Below the pieces are notes generated by a model, which saw only the letters and a program-made list of their open reading frames with translations, was not told the origin of the DNA and did not search any database. Below are positions 10,549-20,450 of a stretch of 64,000 bases of DNA, in pieces (positions within the stretch are counted from its first letter, which is position 1; each line of letters begins with the position of its first letter). The position numbers and the translations under genes are program-made. The stretch comes from an uncultured Actinomycetota bacterium (lineage in GTDB: Bacteria; Actinomycetota; Actinomycetes; CAVWCF01), in the NCBI GenBank assembly GCA_963753435.1, contig CAVWCF010000005.1, positions 96,001 through 160,000 of the forward strand, given 5' to 3'.

Positions 10549-11433
10549 CTAATCGGCCCCTGTGGTTGGGGGCAAAGCGGCAACGACATCTGCGAGGACA
10601 TCCTCAATGGGGGCCAGCAGTTGGCCCGCTGCGCGTCGCCCAACAGGCGTGACTGCGAGCACGGTCGCTCGCCCGTCACGCTCGGAGCGCCGGCGGCGAG
10701 CCACCACCCCAGCCCGCTCAAGTCGGTCGATGACCGCCGAGGCACCAGCGGTCGTGAGCCGAAGGCGGAGGGCCAAGTCCTTCGGCCGGGAAACCTCGGC
10801 GAAGGCGATGAAGGTCAGCGCGAAGCGGTCGGAGCTGGACCCGATCGCGAATCTCTCGCATGCTGCAGACACGCCGGATACATAGGTGGCACCAGCGCGG
10901 GCAATTTGGTCGAGCGCCTCGAACACATCCCTGGGGGACTTCCGGTCCTGCTTCTGCGGAGTTGCGTCAAGCAAGGCGGCGAGGGTTCGGAGTTCGCCGG
11001 CGTGCTCGGCGAAGCACTGCGACCAGGCAACCACCAGTGTCTGCAACCGCCGATGACCCTCAGCGTTGACCGAGAGATGGGTCAACCGGCGGTCCGCGGG
11101 ATCAGTACGACTCCGAATGACGCCTTGTCCGCGGAGTGCGAGTAATGAACGAGACACCGCACCTGGCGCCAGCCCAAGCGTGGCAGCGACCTCGCTCGGG
11201 GTCGAACCTGGTTGTGCGCGAATAGCCAAGAGGACCTGGACATCGACGTTGCTGAGCCCACCCCGACCCATGATCTTCACAGCCAGCGCTGAGATCTCGA
11301 CTGTCAAATCCGTGAGATGCACCAGGGATCGCGCCAGGAGTTCACGGCGGTCGGACTTCGGCTGGATGGCCACGTCTCCCGCGCCTCGGCCGCGACGTGC
11401 ACGCACGGTCGCGTCAGCCTGCTGAGTGGACAC
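10549..11433 (-). CDS. Transcriptional regulator with two tandem MarR-type winged-helix domains
   Basis: TPSEVAATLGLAPGAVSRSL...DPADRR and RPKDLALRLRLTTAGASAVIDRLERAGVV...ERDGR...TPVGR. Confidence 0.8.
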   Translation of the reverse strand: MSTQQADATVRARRGRGAGDVAIQPKSDRRELLARSLVHLTDLTVEISALAVKIMGRGGLSNVDVQVLLAIRAQPGSTPSEVAATLGLAPGAVSRSLLALRGQGVIRSRTDPADRRLTHLSVNAEGHRRLQTLVVAWSQCFAEHAGELRTLAALLDATPQKQDRKSPRDVFEALDQIARAGATYVSGVSAACERFAIGSSSDRFALTFIAFAEVSRPKDLALRLRLTTAGASAVIDRLERAGVVARRRRSERDGRATVLAVTPVGRRAAGQLLAPIEDVLADVVAALPPTTGAD

Positions 11434-11589
11434 GTAGGCAACCTACTAGGGGCGTCGCTCACTAGGGATTGCTAGATCGTGTGTATGTTCTATTCGTCAA
11501 TTTGGCGGGGAACGCATTCGGAAACTGTTGGCTTCCTCGCCACAACATCCAGATCTCTACGCCCAACTGGGCAGGAAAAGAGGACCAGC

Positions 11590-12024
11590 ATGTCAACCTC
11601 AGGGACCGTCACTCGCCGGCCGGGTGTAGTGACCTTCATCGGCGTCATCCTGCTCATCCAGGCGTTCCTGGCCGCGGTCGAGGGAATCGTCCTTCTTGCC
11701 TTCAAGGACGACGTACGTGACTTCCTCGCAACCTACGGCGAGTCCATTTCCGATAGCACCACGACCGCTACCGCGATCGGCTCACTGATCATGGCGGTGC
11801 TGCTCGCCCTAGCTGGCTCTGGGATCCTCAGCGGCAGCCGCGTTTGGCGCGGCATCACCGTGGCGGTCGTTGCTTTGCGCATGGGGTTCGCCCTGTACGC
11901 GATGATCGCGCACCCGCACGGCGCCTTCTTCACCACCGGGCTTGTGACCCTTCTGGTGGGCTTCTTCGTGATCTGGGCCCTGTATGGACACAAGGAGTCG
12001 GACGAGTACTACCAGAACAGCTGA
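11590..12024 (+). CDS. Four-TM membrane protein (DUF7144-like)
   Basis: RRPGVVTFIGV start, 4 hydrophobic helices, G-x-L-x-GSR-x-WR, C-terminal ESDEYY; AGGA RBS before ATG 11590. Confidence 0.72.
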   Translation: MSTSGTVTRRPGVVTFIGVILLIQAFLAAVEGIVLLAFKDDVRDFLATYGESISDSTTTATAIGSLIMAVLLALAGSGILSGSRVWRGITVAVVALRMGFALYAMIAHPHGAFFTTGLVTLLVGFFVIWALYGHKESDEYYQNS

Positions 12025-12038
12025 GCCTCACGTCGTCT

Positions 12039-12080
12039 GTGGGCAGGAGGACCGGGGAACACCTCGGTCCTCCTGCCCAC
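12039..12080 (+). terminator. Intrinsic terminator-like hairpin
   Basis: GTGGGCAGGAGGACCG...CGGTCCTCCTGCCCAC, perfect 16-bp stem 15 nt after the stop codon. Confidence 0.8.
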
Positions 12081-12288
12081 GGCTAGTCCATGACCAAGTC
12101 AGGGAGCGAACCGGGCGCACATTGCGCTAGGGATGAATGACTCCGGGCGCCGCCTGGGCCTACGTGAGCCGGTCAGAAGAGCGCTGATCGAGCGGGTACG
12201 CCGGGTGTACTCGGAATTCAGCTCCTTCTGACCAGGCCTGAGTCGAGACTGAAGACTTCTGCTGCAATGCCTGAAACCTGACAGTTGG

Positions 12289-12600
12289 TCAGATGTTCGG
12301 CGAGAAGAACCTCGTAGCTGCGTCATCCCTGAAGAGGAGATGGATAGCGGCTAGCTCGAGAAGCCCGGCAAGCGGGAATCCCCAGGCGAGCAGTGGCGAG
12401 ATCAGCCCGAGCAGTAACAGCGTCACACCGATGGCGCAGACGTGGGCTTGGGTCACACCGGACCGAGTCAGGTCTTCGAGGATGCTTTCCGCATTGGTCA
12501 GGTAGATCAGGCCGAGGACGATCTCCAGGGCCCCAGCGATGATCAGTACGACCCCGGCGGCGGAGCCAGCACGTGCATGCTGCGTTGGGTCGACTGCTTG
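12289..12600 (-). pseudogene. Possible degenerate membrane-protein gene resembling the neighbouring DUF7144-like protein
   Basis: Hydrophobic segments GVVLIIAGALEIVLGLIYL...IGVTLLLLGLIS...HLLFRDDAATRFF follow the layout of the 11590 protein, but it is shorter and has no clear start. Confidence 0.35.
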
Positions 12601-12694
12601 CTGAAGAGTATTGGCGCCCACCGCCGGGTGCTCCCTCAAGACGGCGTACGTTGCTGTTGTCGGGCGTGGGACCGAACCGATCGAGAGAGGCGTT

Positions 12695-12919
12695 ATGGAC
12701 GAAGCGAACGCCAAGTTTCTGGTTGCGGGTATGACCTGCGGTCATTGCGTCAAATCCGTCACTGAGGCCATTTCCGGGCTCAATGGCGTCCTGACGGTCG
12801 ATGTGGAGTTGGCTAGCGACGGTCCGAGCTCGGTCGTGGTGTCCAGCACGGCTCCGCTGGACGCAGCAGTCGTCGCCGCAGCGGTCGCCGAGGCTGGGTA
12901 TGAAGTTGTGACCGTGTGA
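12695..12919 (+). CDS. Heavy-metal-associated (CopZ-like) metallochaperone
   Basis: VAGMTCGHCVKSV metal-binding motif, C-terminal AVAEAGYEV; GAGG RBS before ATG 12695. Confidence 0.9.
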   Translation: MDEANAKFLVAGMTCGHCVKSVTEAISGLNGVLTVDVELASDGPSSVVVSSTAPLDAAVVAAAVAEAGYEVVTV

Positions 12920-14613
12920 GCACAGACTCAGCGGTGCCCGGAACACCCGAGACGGGATTGAATCCACGCCGTTGGTGGATGCTGGGCTTCCTGAGTGCAG
13001 CCATGACCATGGTCATGATCGACGCCACGGTCCTGAACGTCGGAGTCCCGCAGTTGGCGGCCGACATCGGCGCCTTTCCTGCGGACATCCAGTGGTTCAA
13101 CGCTGCCTACGCACTCGTCTTTGCCGCGTTGTTGATCACCTTTGGGCAGGCGGCCGATCGCGTCGGCTACCGACGGATGTTCGTTCTTGGTGCGGGTGTC
13201 TTCGTCCTGGCGAGCCTCGTAGTCGCATTCAGCCCGGCCGCGCCCGTGGTCATCGTTGGCCGCGCGTTGCAGGGAGTCGGCGGAGCCATGCTGGTGCCCG
13301 CCACCTTGTCGCTGGTGAATTCGCACTTCTTCGGTCGCGAGCGAGGCGCGGCCTTCGCCATCTGGGGAGTCGTCATCGGAGTCATCGCGGCTCTCGGTCC
13401 GATCGTCGGTGGTCTGGTGATCGAGGTCGCGAGTTGGCGCTGGGCCTTCGCCATCAACGTGCCGATCGCGGCAGCGGCGATCATCGGGGTGCTCATCACG
13501 ACCACGGCTCAGCAGCGACCCGACGGACCGCGGGCCGAATACGACATCGCCGGGGCGGCACTGTCGGCTGTCGCCGTTGGGGGACTGGTCTTCGCGCTGA
13601 TCGAGGGGCCCGTCTACGGGTGGGGGATTACCGAGGCGGAGACGGGTATTGGGCCGGTGACTTGGCCGGCCGGCGTCCCCTCCCCGGTCCTGGCCGCAGT
13701 GGTGGCCGCAGTCGCAGCCGGCCTGCTGTTCTGGCGGCGAGAGGTGCGACGTTCGCGCGCGGGACACACGGTGGTCCTGGATCTGACTCTTTTCCGGGTG
13801 CCCAGCTTCGCCGTTGGCACGGTCGTGGGTCTGGTCATCATGTTCGGTGAGTTCGGGATGATCCTCACCTTGCCGCTCTTCCTGCAGAACGTGATCGGCT
13901 ACAACGCGTTCCAGGCCGGCGCGACGGTTGCCAGCATCACCGTGGGTGGCTTGCTTGGCGCAAGCACTTCGGCCCGCTTCGTCGGGTGGAAGGGAACCGC
14001 GACCACCGTGCGTTGGGGTGTGCTCGCCCAGGTCGTGGCCATGGTCGGGATCGCTTCGGCGTACGCGCCCACCGCCTCAGCGTGGGACTTCGCACCCTGG
14101 CTCTTCCTGTTCGGCGTCGGCGTTGGCCTGACCAACGCCCAGTTGCTCAACATGGTTCTGGCGGACGTACCGGTCCGGCAGAGCGGACAAGCCTCGGCCA
14201 CCCAGAGCACCAGCCGACAGATCGGCATCGCGTTGGGCGTGGCCGTGATCGGCGCGGTTCTGTGGACTTCGCTCGACCGAGAACTGGACGCCCAGCTCGC
14301 CGACCCAGGGCCGGTCGAAGCCGCAATCAGCGAGTCCAGTGGTGCGGCGATCAACAGTCCAGACGTCGACCCGGCGGACCGTCTCGACATCAAGTTCGAC
14401 GCGGAAACCCAAGCGCAAGCGCAGGAGGCCTTTTCCAACGCGGTGGCCCGCGCCACCTATGTCGGAGCTGGTTTTGTCGCACTCGCCTTCCTGGCGATGG
14501 CGCCAATTCGTAGCGGGGCCCGGCGTGCACCCATCCCGCAACCGGCCGTGCCGGCTCCAGCTGGCTCGCGGCGCCCCACTGACGGCGAGGCCGCAGAAGC
14601 TTCGGGCGAATAG
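12916..14613 (+). CDS. MFS efflux transporter, DHA2 (EmrB/QacA-like, about 14 TM)
   Basis: IDATVLNVGVP, motif A GQAADRVGYRR, GRALQGVGGA, GPIVGG, WRWAFAINVP, TSRQIG.ALG.A. Confidence 0.9.
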   Translation: MSTDSAVPGTPETGLNPRRWWMLGFLSAAMTMVMIDATVLNVGVPQLAADIGAFPADIQWFNAAYALVFAALLITFGQAADRVGYRRMFVLGAGVFVLASLVVAFSPAAPVVIVGRALQGVGGAMLVPATLSLVNSHFFGRERGAAFAIWGVVIGVIAALGPIVGGLVIEVASWRWAFAINVPIAAAAIIGVLITTTAQQRPDGPRAEYDIAGAALSAVAVGGLVFALIEGPVYGWGITEAETGIGPVTWPAGVPSPVLAAVVAAVAAGLLFWRREVRRSRAGHTVVLDLTLFRVPSFAVGTVVGLVIMFGEFGMILTLPLFLQNVIGYNAFQAGATVASITVGGLLGASTSARFVGWKGTATTVRWGVLAQVVAMVGIASAYAPTASAWDFAPWLFLFGVGVGLTNAQLLNMVLADVPVRQSGQASATQSTSRQIGIALGVAVIGAVLWTSLDRELDAQLADPGPVEAAISESSGAAINSPDVDPADRLDIKFDAETQAQAQEAFSNAVARATYVGAGFVALAFLAMAPIRSGARRAPIPQPAVPAPAGSRRPTDGEAAEASGE

Positions 14614-14686
14614 CGGCTCTCACGCCATACGTAAGCGCCGGCCTGCTCGTGATTGCGGTGGGCGGCCCTCGCGACTGACAGCGCTG

Positions 14687-15463
14687 CTAGTTGACTCCGC
14701 GCTCGCCGTGGTTCCTGCGTGACAGCAGGACCAAGGCCGCGCCGAGAACTACCAGCGCCACTCCAACCGGAACGATCCGGGCGCTGCCCACCCCGCCCGT
14801 GTCCGCCAGCCCACCACCGAGGTCGACAACCGAAAGAACAAGCGTGTCTTCAGATGGGCTCGGACTTGGGCTTGGCGTCGCGATGTCGGTTGGTGAGGAA
14901 GTAGGCGTTGGCGTCCCCGAACCAGTTGGTGTCGGGGAAGCCGTGGCCGTTTGTGTCGGCGACACCGTTGCCGTCGGCGTCCCCGAGACGGTTGGTGTCA
15001 CTGTCGGTGTCGGTGTAGTCGTGACCGTCGCGGTGGGGGTCGGGGTGGGGGTCGGGGTGGGGGTCGGCCCGGCTGACTCGATGCGAATGACCTTCTGCTT
15101 GCCGGTCCCGTCATCAAACTCGTAGACGATCTTGTATTGGCCGGGGGCCGGATCCCCGTCAACGCGGATGCAGAGCTGGCCGTTGGCGTTGGTCGTCGCA
15201 GTTATCGATCCAACTTCATCCCCGCCGGGTTGCGTATAGGCGGTCACAGTTCCCTGCGAGAAGGGCTCGAAGCCGGTGAAGTAGAGACTGAAGGGCACAA
15301 CCACAGTCGATGCGTTCCCGGTGCCGGAGCAGTCCGGGGTATCGCGAACGATCAGTGTGCCCTGCCCACGCGCCGAAGGGGCGGCGACGGCAGGTACCGA
15401 AACCATTGCTGTGAGCGCAGTGACAGCAGTGACGGCAAGGCCCTTGGCAAGTTTGCGATGCAC
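14687..15463 (-). CDS. Secreted cell-wall-anchored protein with Thr/Pro-rich stalk and LAXTG sorting signal
   Basis: Start trimmed to GTG 15463 ([10 protein letters not shown]... signal peptide); small beta domain with 2 Cys, (PT)n repeats, LADTG plus TM plus RR tail. Confidence 0.72.
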   Translation of the reverse strand: MHRKLAKGLAVTAVTALTAMVSVPAVAAPSARGQGTLIVRDTPDCSGTGNASTVVVPFSLYFTGFEPFSQGTVTAYTQPGGDEVGSITATTNANGQLCIRVDGDPAPGQYKIVYEFDDGTGKQKVIRIESAGPTPTPTPTPTPTATVTTTPTPTVTPTVSGTPTATVSPTQTATASPTPTGSGTPTPTSSPTDIATPSPSPSPSEDTLVLSVVDLGGGLADTGGVGSARIVPVGVALVVLGAALVLLSRRNHGERGVN

Positions 15464-15640
15464 GAATCCGACATTAGGTACACAAAGCCACGGGATCCCG
15501 CAGCCGCGCCGGATCTCGCGTTCTCGGGCGGGCCGATGGCACGGGGGGAATCTCGTGAACCGGCCCCGCGCGGCAATTCCGGCCCCTACGTTGCTCTTTG
15601 ACCAGGACGAAATCTGCAGAGTTTGATCCTTGGAGATGCC

Positions 15641-17455
15641 ATGCGAGTCCATGAGCCTTTGCGTACTGGAATCCTCAACAAGTCCCTCGGCCGCCGAATG
15701 GTCGCGGTAGGTGCAGCCGCCGCGCTCACGTTCGGTGCCCTGGCCGGGGCGGCAGCCGCCGCGTCGGCCAACCCCGGTGGAAAGCCCAACCCGCCTGGGA
15801 ACCCCGACCCGAGGGGGCAACTGGTCAACCTGCAGTTGCTCGGCTTCAACGATTATCACGGACACCTGGAAGACGACACGGCCGGAGATGTGGACGGTGA
15901 GCGAGCCGGCGGTGGTGAATACCTCTCGGCCAAGCTGAATGAACTGCGCGCCGGGCAGAAGTACTCGTTGACCGTCGCCGCCGGCGACCTGATCGGTGGC
16001 AGCCCGGCGCTGTCGACGCTGTTCCACGACGAACCGTCCGTGGAGTCGCTCAACGCGATGGGTCTGGACGTTTCCGGCGTCGGCAACCACGAGTTCGACG
16101 AGGGCGTCGATGAGTTGCTGCGCATGCAGGCCGGCGGTTGCCACCCCGTCGACGGGTGCTACTTCCCGGGCGAGCCATACGCGGGCGCTGATTTCCCCTG
16201 GCTTGCCGCCAACGTTCAAAGCGAAGCATCCGGTGACACCGTGTTGCCGCCGTACTGGATTGAGCGATTCCAGAACATCCAGGTCGGCTTCATCGGGATG
16301 ACGCTGGAGGCCACTCCGACGCTGGTGGACAAGGGAGGAATCCGCGGCTGGGAGTTCCTCGACGAGGCTGAGACGGCCAACGCCCTGGTGCCAGAACTCA
16401 AGAAGAAGGGGGTCGAGGCGATCGTCGTGCTCCTGCACGAGGGCGTGCAGCAGAACCCGCCGCCGGGCGACATCAACGCCTGCAACGATGTCAGCGGTCC
16501 GGTGTTGGCAATCCACGACGCACTCGACCCGGAGATCGACGCGATGATCACCGGTCACACCCACCAGCCCTACAACTGCACTCTGACCGACCCGGATGGG
16601 ATGCCGCGACTCGTCACGAGCGCCTACTCGTTCGGCCGCGTGGTCACCGAGATGAACCTGGTGCTGGACAAGCGGACCAAGGACGTTCGCCGGGACCTGA
16701 GTTCTGCCGCCAACCACGCGGTGATCCAGTCCGAACTCGCCCCCGACCCGGCCATCACGAAGGTCATCGACAAGTGGCTGCCCCTGTTCGAAGAGGTCGG
16801 CAACGACCCGGTCGGAACGATTACTGCCGACATAGTCAGGGGCGGGACCCCTCCTGGCTCGGACCGCGGTGTGGAGTCATCGGCCGGCAACCTCGTCGCT
16901 GACGCCCAACTCGCTGCGACGAAGGATCGTTACGGTGCGCAAATCGCATTCATGAACCCCGGCGGAGTGCGCTCCGACCTTCGATACGCGTCATCCTCGG
17001 CCGGCGAGGGTGATGGGGTCGTCACATTTGGTGAGGCCCTTACCTTCCAGCCGTTCAACAACTCGATCTTCAGTTTCGAGATGACCGGGTCGCAGATCGT
17101 TGACGTACTCGAGGAGCAGTGCCAGCCGGCCGGTTCCAGTCGGGCTTTCCTGCACCTCGGAGTCTCGGATGGGCTCACGTACGACCTGGCCAAGTCCATA
17201 GTGGGCGGGAACTGCGTGTCGGTTTCGATCACCAACGTGGAGTTGAACGGCGTCGCGCTCGAAATGGCCTCGACCTATGTGGTCACGGCCAACGGGTTCC
17301 TGGCAAACGGCGGTGACAACTTCACCACGTTCGAGCAGATAGCCAACGTCGACAAACTCGACGGTGGACTGGACCTCGACGCGCTCACGGCCTACCTGGG
17401 TGCCAACAGTCCGGTTGACCCGCCGTCTACTGATCGGGCAAACGAACTGCCCTAG
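15641..17455 (+). CDS. Secreted bifunctional metallophosphatase/5'-nucleotidase
   Basis: [48 protein letters not shown]; GGAG RBS before ATG 15641. Confidence 0.93.
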   Translation: MRVHEPLRTGILNKSLGRRMVAVGAAAALTFGALAGAAAAASANPGGKPNPPGNPDPRGQLVNLQLLGFNDYHGHLEDDTAGDVDGERAGGGEYLSAKLNELRAGQKYSLTVAAGDLIGGSPALSTLFHDEPSVESLNAMGLDVSGVGNHEFDEGVDELLRMQAGGCHPVDGCYFPGEPYAGADFPWLAANVQSEASGDTVLPPYWIERFQNIQVGFIGMTLEATPTLVDKGGIRGWEFLDEAETANALVPELKKKGVEAIVVLLHEGVQQNPPPGDINACNDVSGPVLAIHDALDPEIDAMITGHTHQPYNCTLTDPDGMPRLVTSAYSFGRVVTEMNLVLDKRTKDVRRDLSSAANHAVIQSELAPDPAITKVIDKWLPLFEEVGNDPVGTITADIVRGGTPPGSDRGVESSAGNLVADAQLAATKDRYGAQIAFMNPGGVRSDLRYASSSAGEGDGVVTFGEALTFQPFNNSIFSFEMTGSQIVDVLEEQCQPAGSSRAFLHLGVSDGLTYDLAKSIVGGNCVSVSITNVELNGVALEMASTYVVTANGFLANGGDNFTTFEQIANVDKLDGGLDLDALTAYLGANSPVDPPSTDRANELP

Positions 17456-17503
17456 GCGGCGGACTGCCGGTAACCGCCGGACCGGGGGCCATCAGGCGTG
17501 GTC

Positions 17504-17542
17504 GGACGCGGTCCGCGAGTTCTACTCGCGGGCCGCGCGTCC
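17504..17542. terminator. Hairpin between convergent genes, likely a bidirectional terminator
   Basis: GCGGTCCGCGAGT-TCT-ACTCGCGGGCCGC inverted repeat, extendable with flanking GGAC/GTCC. Confidence 0.6.
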
Positions 17543-17547
17543 GGGAA

Positions 17548-18057
17548 TCACGGGGCCTGGGCCAGGTGCTCGCGCGCCAGGCTGTAGTCCGCCGATGTCG
17601 GGGCTTGAGCCAGGTGCTCGCGCGCCAGGCTGTAATCCGCCGATGTCGGGGCTTGAGCCAGGTGCTCGCGCGCCAGGCTGTAGTCCGCCGACGTGGAGAC
17701 GACCGGCTCGGTCACGGTCGCGCCGGTCCAGCCATCCGGGGCTTGGGCCAGGTGCTCCATGGCGAGGCTCGTCTCGTACGACGCGACGGCGGCGAGGCTG
17801 CTCACCCGATCCTCCAAACCAGCAATTGTGCTGGATTGGCTCTGGACTCCGAGTGCGTAACCCAATGCGCCGATCGCGATAGCGGCGACGACGGCACCGA
17901 GGATCGTCAGCCAGTTCAGCGGGATGCGGCGAGTCGGCGTAGTGCCGGTCTCCGCTTCGCGCGTGGGCAGCCAATCCTCGTGCCCAGTACCCACGCCCGG
18001 GCTAGTCCACCGATCAACCGTGGTCTGTTCCAGCGGCCTTTCGAGCGTGGTTGTCAT
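17548..18057 (-). CDS. Hypothetical single-TM protein with C-terminal 16-aa tandem repeats
   Basis: GAGG RBS then MTTTLERP; TM WLTILGAVVAAIAIGALGYALG; (TSADYSLAREHLAQAP)x3 plus one degenerate copy. Confidence 0.65.
   Translation of the reverse strand: MTTTLERPLEQTTVDRWTSPGVGTGHEDWLPTREAETGTTPTRRIPLNWLTILGAVVAAIAIGALGYALGVQSQSSTIAGLEDRVSSLAAVASYETSLAMEHLAQAPDGWTGATVTEPVVSTSADYSLAREHLAQAPTSADYSLAREHLAQAPTSADYSLAREHLAQAP
17552..17696. repeat. 48-bp tandem repeat, 3 copies, plus a degenerate partial copy at ~17738-17769
   Basis: Unit GCCAGGTGCTCGCGCGCCAGGCTGTAGTCCGCCGATGTCGGGGCTTGA starts at 17561, 17609 and 17657; no spacers. Confidence 0.95.
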
Positions 18058-18194
18058 CTTCCTCACCCCCTTACCGAGGGGCGGGGCCGGGATCCCGGGT
18101 GGAACCCGGTCCCAATTTCAGAGTCGTTCGAAGCCGTCGGCCTCGCTAGGGTCCTACGTCACCATCCGCCGGTCCGATCAACTGGGAGGACTAC

Positions 18195-19346
18195 TTGTCA
18201 GCACGCGATATCGATCGGGCCGAACTGCGGCCCGAAACGCGGGTCGTCTCCTTGGGGCGCGGTTCCCGCGGACCCGGGGAGCCGATGAATGTGCCGATCG
18301 TGCCGGCTTCCAACTTCCGGGCCGCGGCCTCGGCTGAAGACCCGTCCCGGGAGTACTCCCGCGACGATGGGACGCCATCGTGGGAGGCGCTGCAGAGCGT
18401 GCTGGCTGACCTTGAGGGTGGCCACGCGGTTGCGTTCGCTTCCGGGATGGCGGCGATTGCCGCTGTCATCGAGTTGCTGCCGGCAGGCAGCAAGGTTGTC
18501 GTCCCCATCGACTGCTACACGGGCGTTACCGGCCTGCTGGCCGACGGCGCTGCCCTCGGCCGCTTCCAGCTCGTCCGGGTGTCCGGGACAAACACCGAGG
18601 AGGTGCTGGCCGCCCTGGAAGGGGCCGCGCTGCTGTGGCTGGAGACGCCGAGCAACCCGCTGCTGGACGTGCTCGACGTTGCCGACCTCACGCGCGCCGC
18701 GCACGAAGCGGGTGCCGTTGTGGCGGTCGACAACACCTTCGCCACGCCGCTGCTGCAGAACCCGCTGTCCCTGGGCGCGGACTTCGTCGTGCACAGCGCT
18801 ACCAAGTACCTCGGCGGTCACTCCGATCTGCTCCTCGGAGTTGCTATCGCCTCCACCGAGGCAGACGCGGCACGGCTGCGTCGGCGCCGCCAGATCTCGG
18901 GAGCAACGCCCGGGGCGCTTGAGTGCTTCCTCACCCTGCGGGGGATCCGCACGCTGGCCGTGCGGCTTGAGCAGTCACAGCGCAGCGCAGCGGAACTGTC
19001 CCGGCGACTGCTGGAACACCCGGCGGTCACGACGGTTCGCTATCCGGGGCTCGACAGTCATCCGCAACACCGCATTGCCGCGAGTCAGATGCGGGGCTTC
19101 GGCGCGATGGTCTCGTTCGAAGTAGCCGACGCAGCCGTGGCCGATGCGGTCTGTGAGAACGTCCAGTTGATCGAGTCGGCAACCAGCCTTGGCGGCGTCG
19201 ACTCCACCATTGAGCGTCGAGCCAAGTTGCCCGGGCAAGAACACGTTCCGCCGGGGTTGCTGCGACTCAGCGTCGGCGTCGAGCACGTCGAGGACCTCTG
19301 GGCCGACTTGTCGGCTGCTCTTGATCAGGTCAACTCGGTTCGCTGA
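18195..19346 (+). CDS. PLP-dependent trans-sulfuration enzyme (cystathionine gamma-synthase/lyase family)
   Basis: EYSRDDGTP, FASGMAAI, WLETPSNP, VDNTFATP, HSATKYLGGHSD (PLP lysine), SLGGVDS, LRLSVGVE. Confidence 0.92.
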   Translation: MSARDIDRAELRPETRVVSLGRGSRGPGEPMNVPIVPASNFRAAASAEDPSREYSRDDGTPSWEALQSVLADLEGGHAVAFASGMAAIAAVIELLPAGSKVVVPIDCYTGVTGLLADGAALGRFQLVRVSGTNTEEVLAALEGAALLWLETPSNPLLDVLDVADLTRAAHEAGAVVAVDNTFATPLLQNPLSLGADFVVHSATKYLGGHSDLLLGVAIASTEADAARLRRRRQISGATPGALECFLTLRGIRTLAVRLEQSQRSAAELSRRLLEHPAVTTVRYPGLDSHPQHRIAASQMRGFGAMVSFEVADAAVADAVCENVQLIESATSLGGVDSTIERRAKLPGQEHVPPGLLRLSVGVEHVEDLWADLSAALDQVNSVR

Positions 19347-19388
19347 GGGCAGGCTTTCTGGGCGGCCGCACGTCTAATCTTTCGCGCT

Positions 19389-20384
19389 GTGCCGAAGCTG
19401 CAGGTGACCGCCACCGACATCGAGCGGATAGCCGACAAGACGCTGCTCTCCTACGGGCGCAACAGCGGGGCTAAACAGTCCGCCTTCTGGGTCTTGCTGG
19501 CGTTGTCCGCGGTGATCGCCACCGCCGGTGTGATGAACGACTCCGACGCAACCGTCATCGGCGCGATGATCGTCGCGCCGCTAATGACACCGATCCTGGG
19601 GGTCGCTTTCGCGATCGTCATGGCGGATCGTCGTCGCGCCTGGCGTTCAATGCTGGTGGTCGCCGGGGGAGCCCTGCTGGTCATTGCAGTTGCCTACGGA
19701 TTCGGCCTGACCGACACCCTGGACTCGATCACCACCGGCAACGGCCAGGTGGCCGGCCGAGTGAACCCGAAGATGATCGATCTGATTGCCGCCATCGCGA
19801 CGGGGCTGGTGGGCGCCTTCGCGCTGGTGCGTGCCGACGTTTCCGACACCTTGCCTGGGGTTGCTATCGCCATCTCGCTGGTGCCCCCGCTGGCGGTCGT
19901 CGGCCTGACGCTGGAGGAGGGCAAGGCGGATGAGGCGGCCGGTGCGCTCCTGCTCTTCGGCACGAACGTGACGGCGATCATCTTCACCGCCACGTTATTG
20001 CTGCTGGTCTACAAGGTCCGCGATGCCGCCGCGGCCGCGGGTTACCCGATTGGCCAATTCAAGGGGCGTTCGCTGGGGCTCGTCGCTCTGGCGGTCGCGG
20101 TGATCGCAATCCCATTGGCCGTAGGCACCCAGAAGGTTGTGCGCGAGACCTATGCCCGAGTGCAGATAACTCCTATCGCCAACGAATGGGCCGAGGAGAA
20201 CGGTTGGGAGGTTGAGCGCATCGACGTGGACGCGTCGACGGTTACGGTCACAGCTGTCGGTCGGCCTCCCGAGATCAGCCCGGAGGTGCTGCGGCAGGAG
20301 TTGGACGATCAAGGGTTCACCGACTTCGACCTGAGGGTGGAACTGATCATCGGGGGCGAGGTGTCGTTGCCCGGAACGGGCTAG
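19389..20384 (+). CDS. DUF389-family membrane protein
   Basis: IATAG...DSDATVIGAMIVAPLMTPI, TLPGVAIAISLVPPLAVVG, LLLFGTN. Confidence 0.88.
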   Translation: MPKLQVTATDIERIADKTLLSYGRNSGAKQSAFWVLLALSAVIATAGVMNDSDATVIGAMIVAPLMTPILGVAFAIVMADRRRAWRSMLVVAGGALLVIAVAYGFGLTDTLDSITTGNGQVAGRVNPKMIDLIAAIATGLVGAFALVRADVSDTLPGVAIAISLVPPLAVVGLTLEEGKADEAAGALLLFGTNVTAIIFTATLLLLVYKVRDAAAAAGYPIGQFKGRSLGLVALAVAVIAIPLAVGTQKVVRETYARVQITPIANEWAEENGWEVERIDVDASTVTVTAVGRPPEISPEVLRQELDDQGFTDFDLRVELIIGGEVSLPGTG

Positions 20385-20450
20385 CCGGCGAGATCTTGAG
20401 TCAATGACCGCTTTCTGGAAGGGCGACATGTGGTTGAGCCAGCGAAGAAC

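Noticed and set aside
15464-16717. N-terminal ~420 aa of the 676-aa minus-strand ORF
   Set aside because: It is the antisense shadow of the 5'-nucleotidase gene; only the part from GTG 15463 looks like a real protein.
17552-17769. 48-bp repeats as a CRISPR array
   Set aside because: The units are head-to-tail with no unique spacers, lie in frame within an ORF, and have no cas genes nearby.
18060-18195. SAM riboswitch upstream of the trans-sulfuration gene
   Set aside because: I could not match SAM-I or SAM-IV core sequences; the hairpins fit the divergent gene better.
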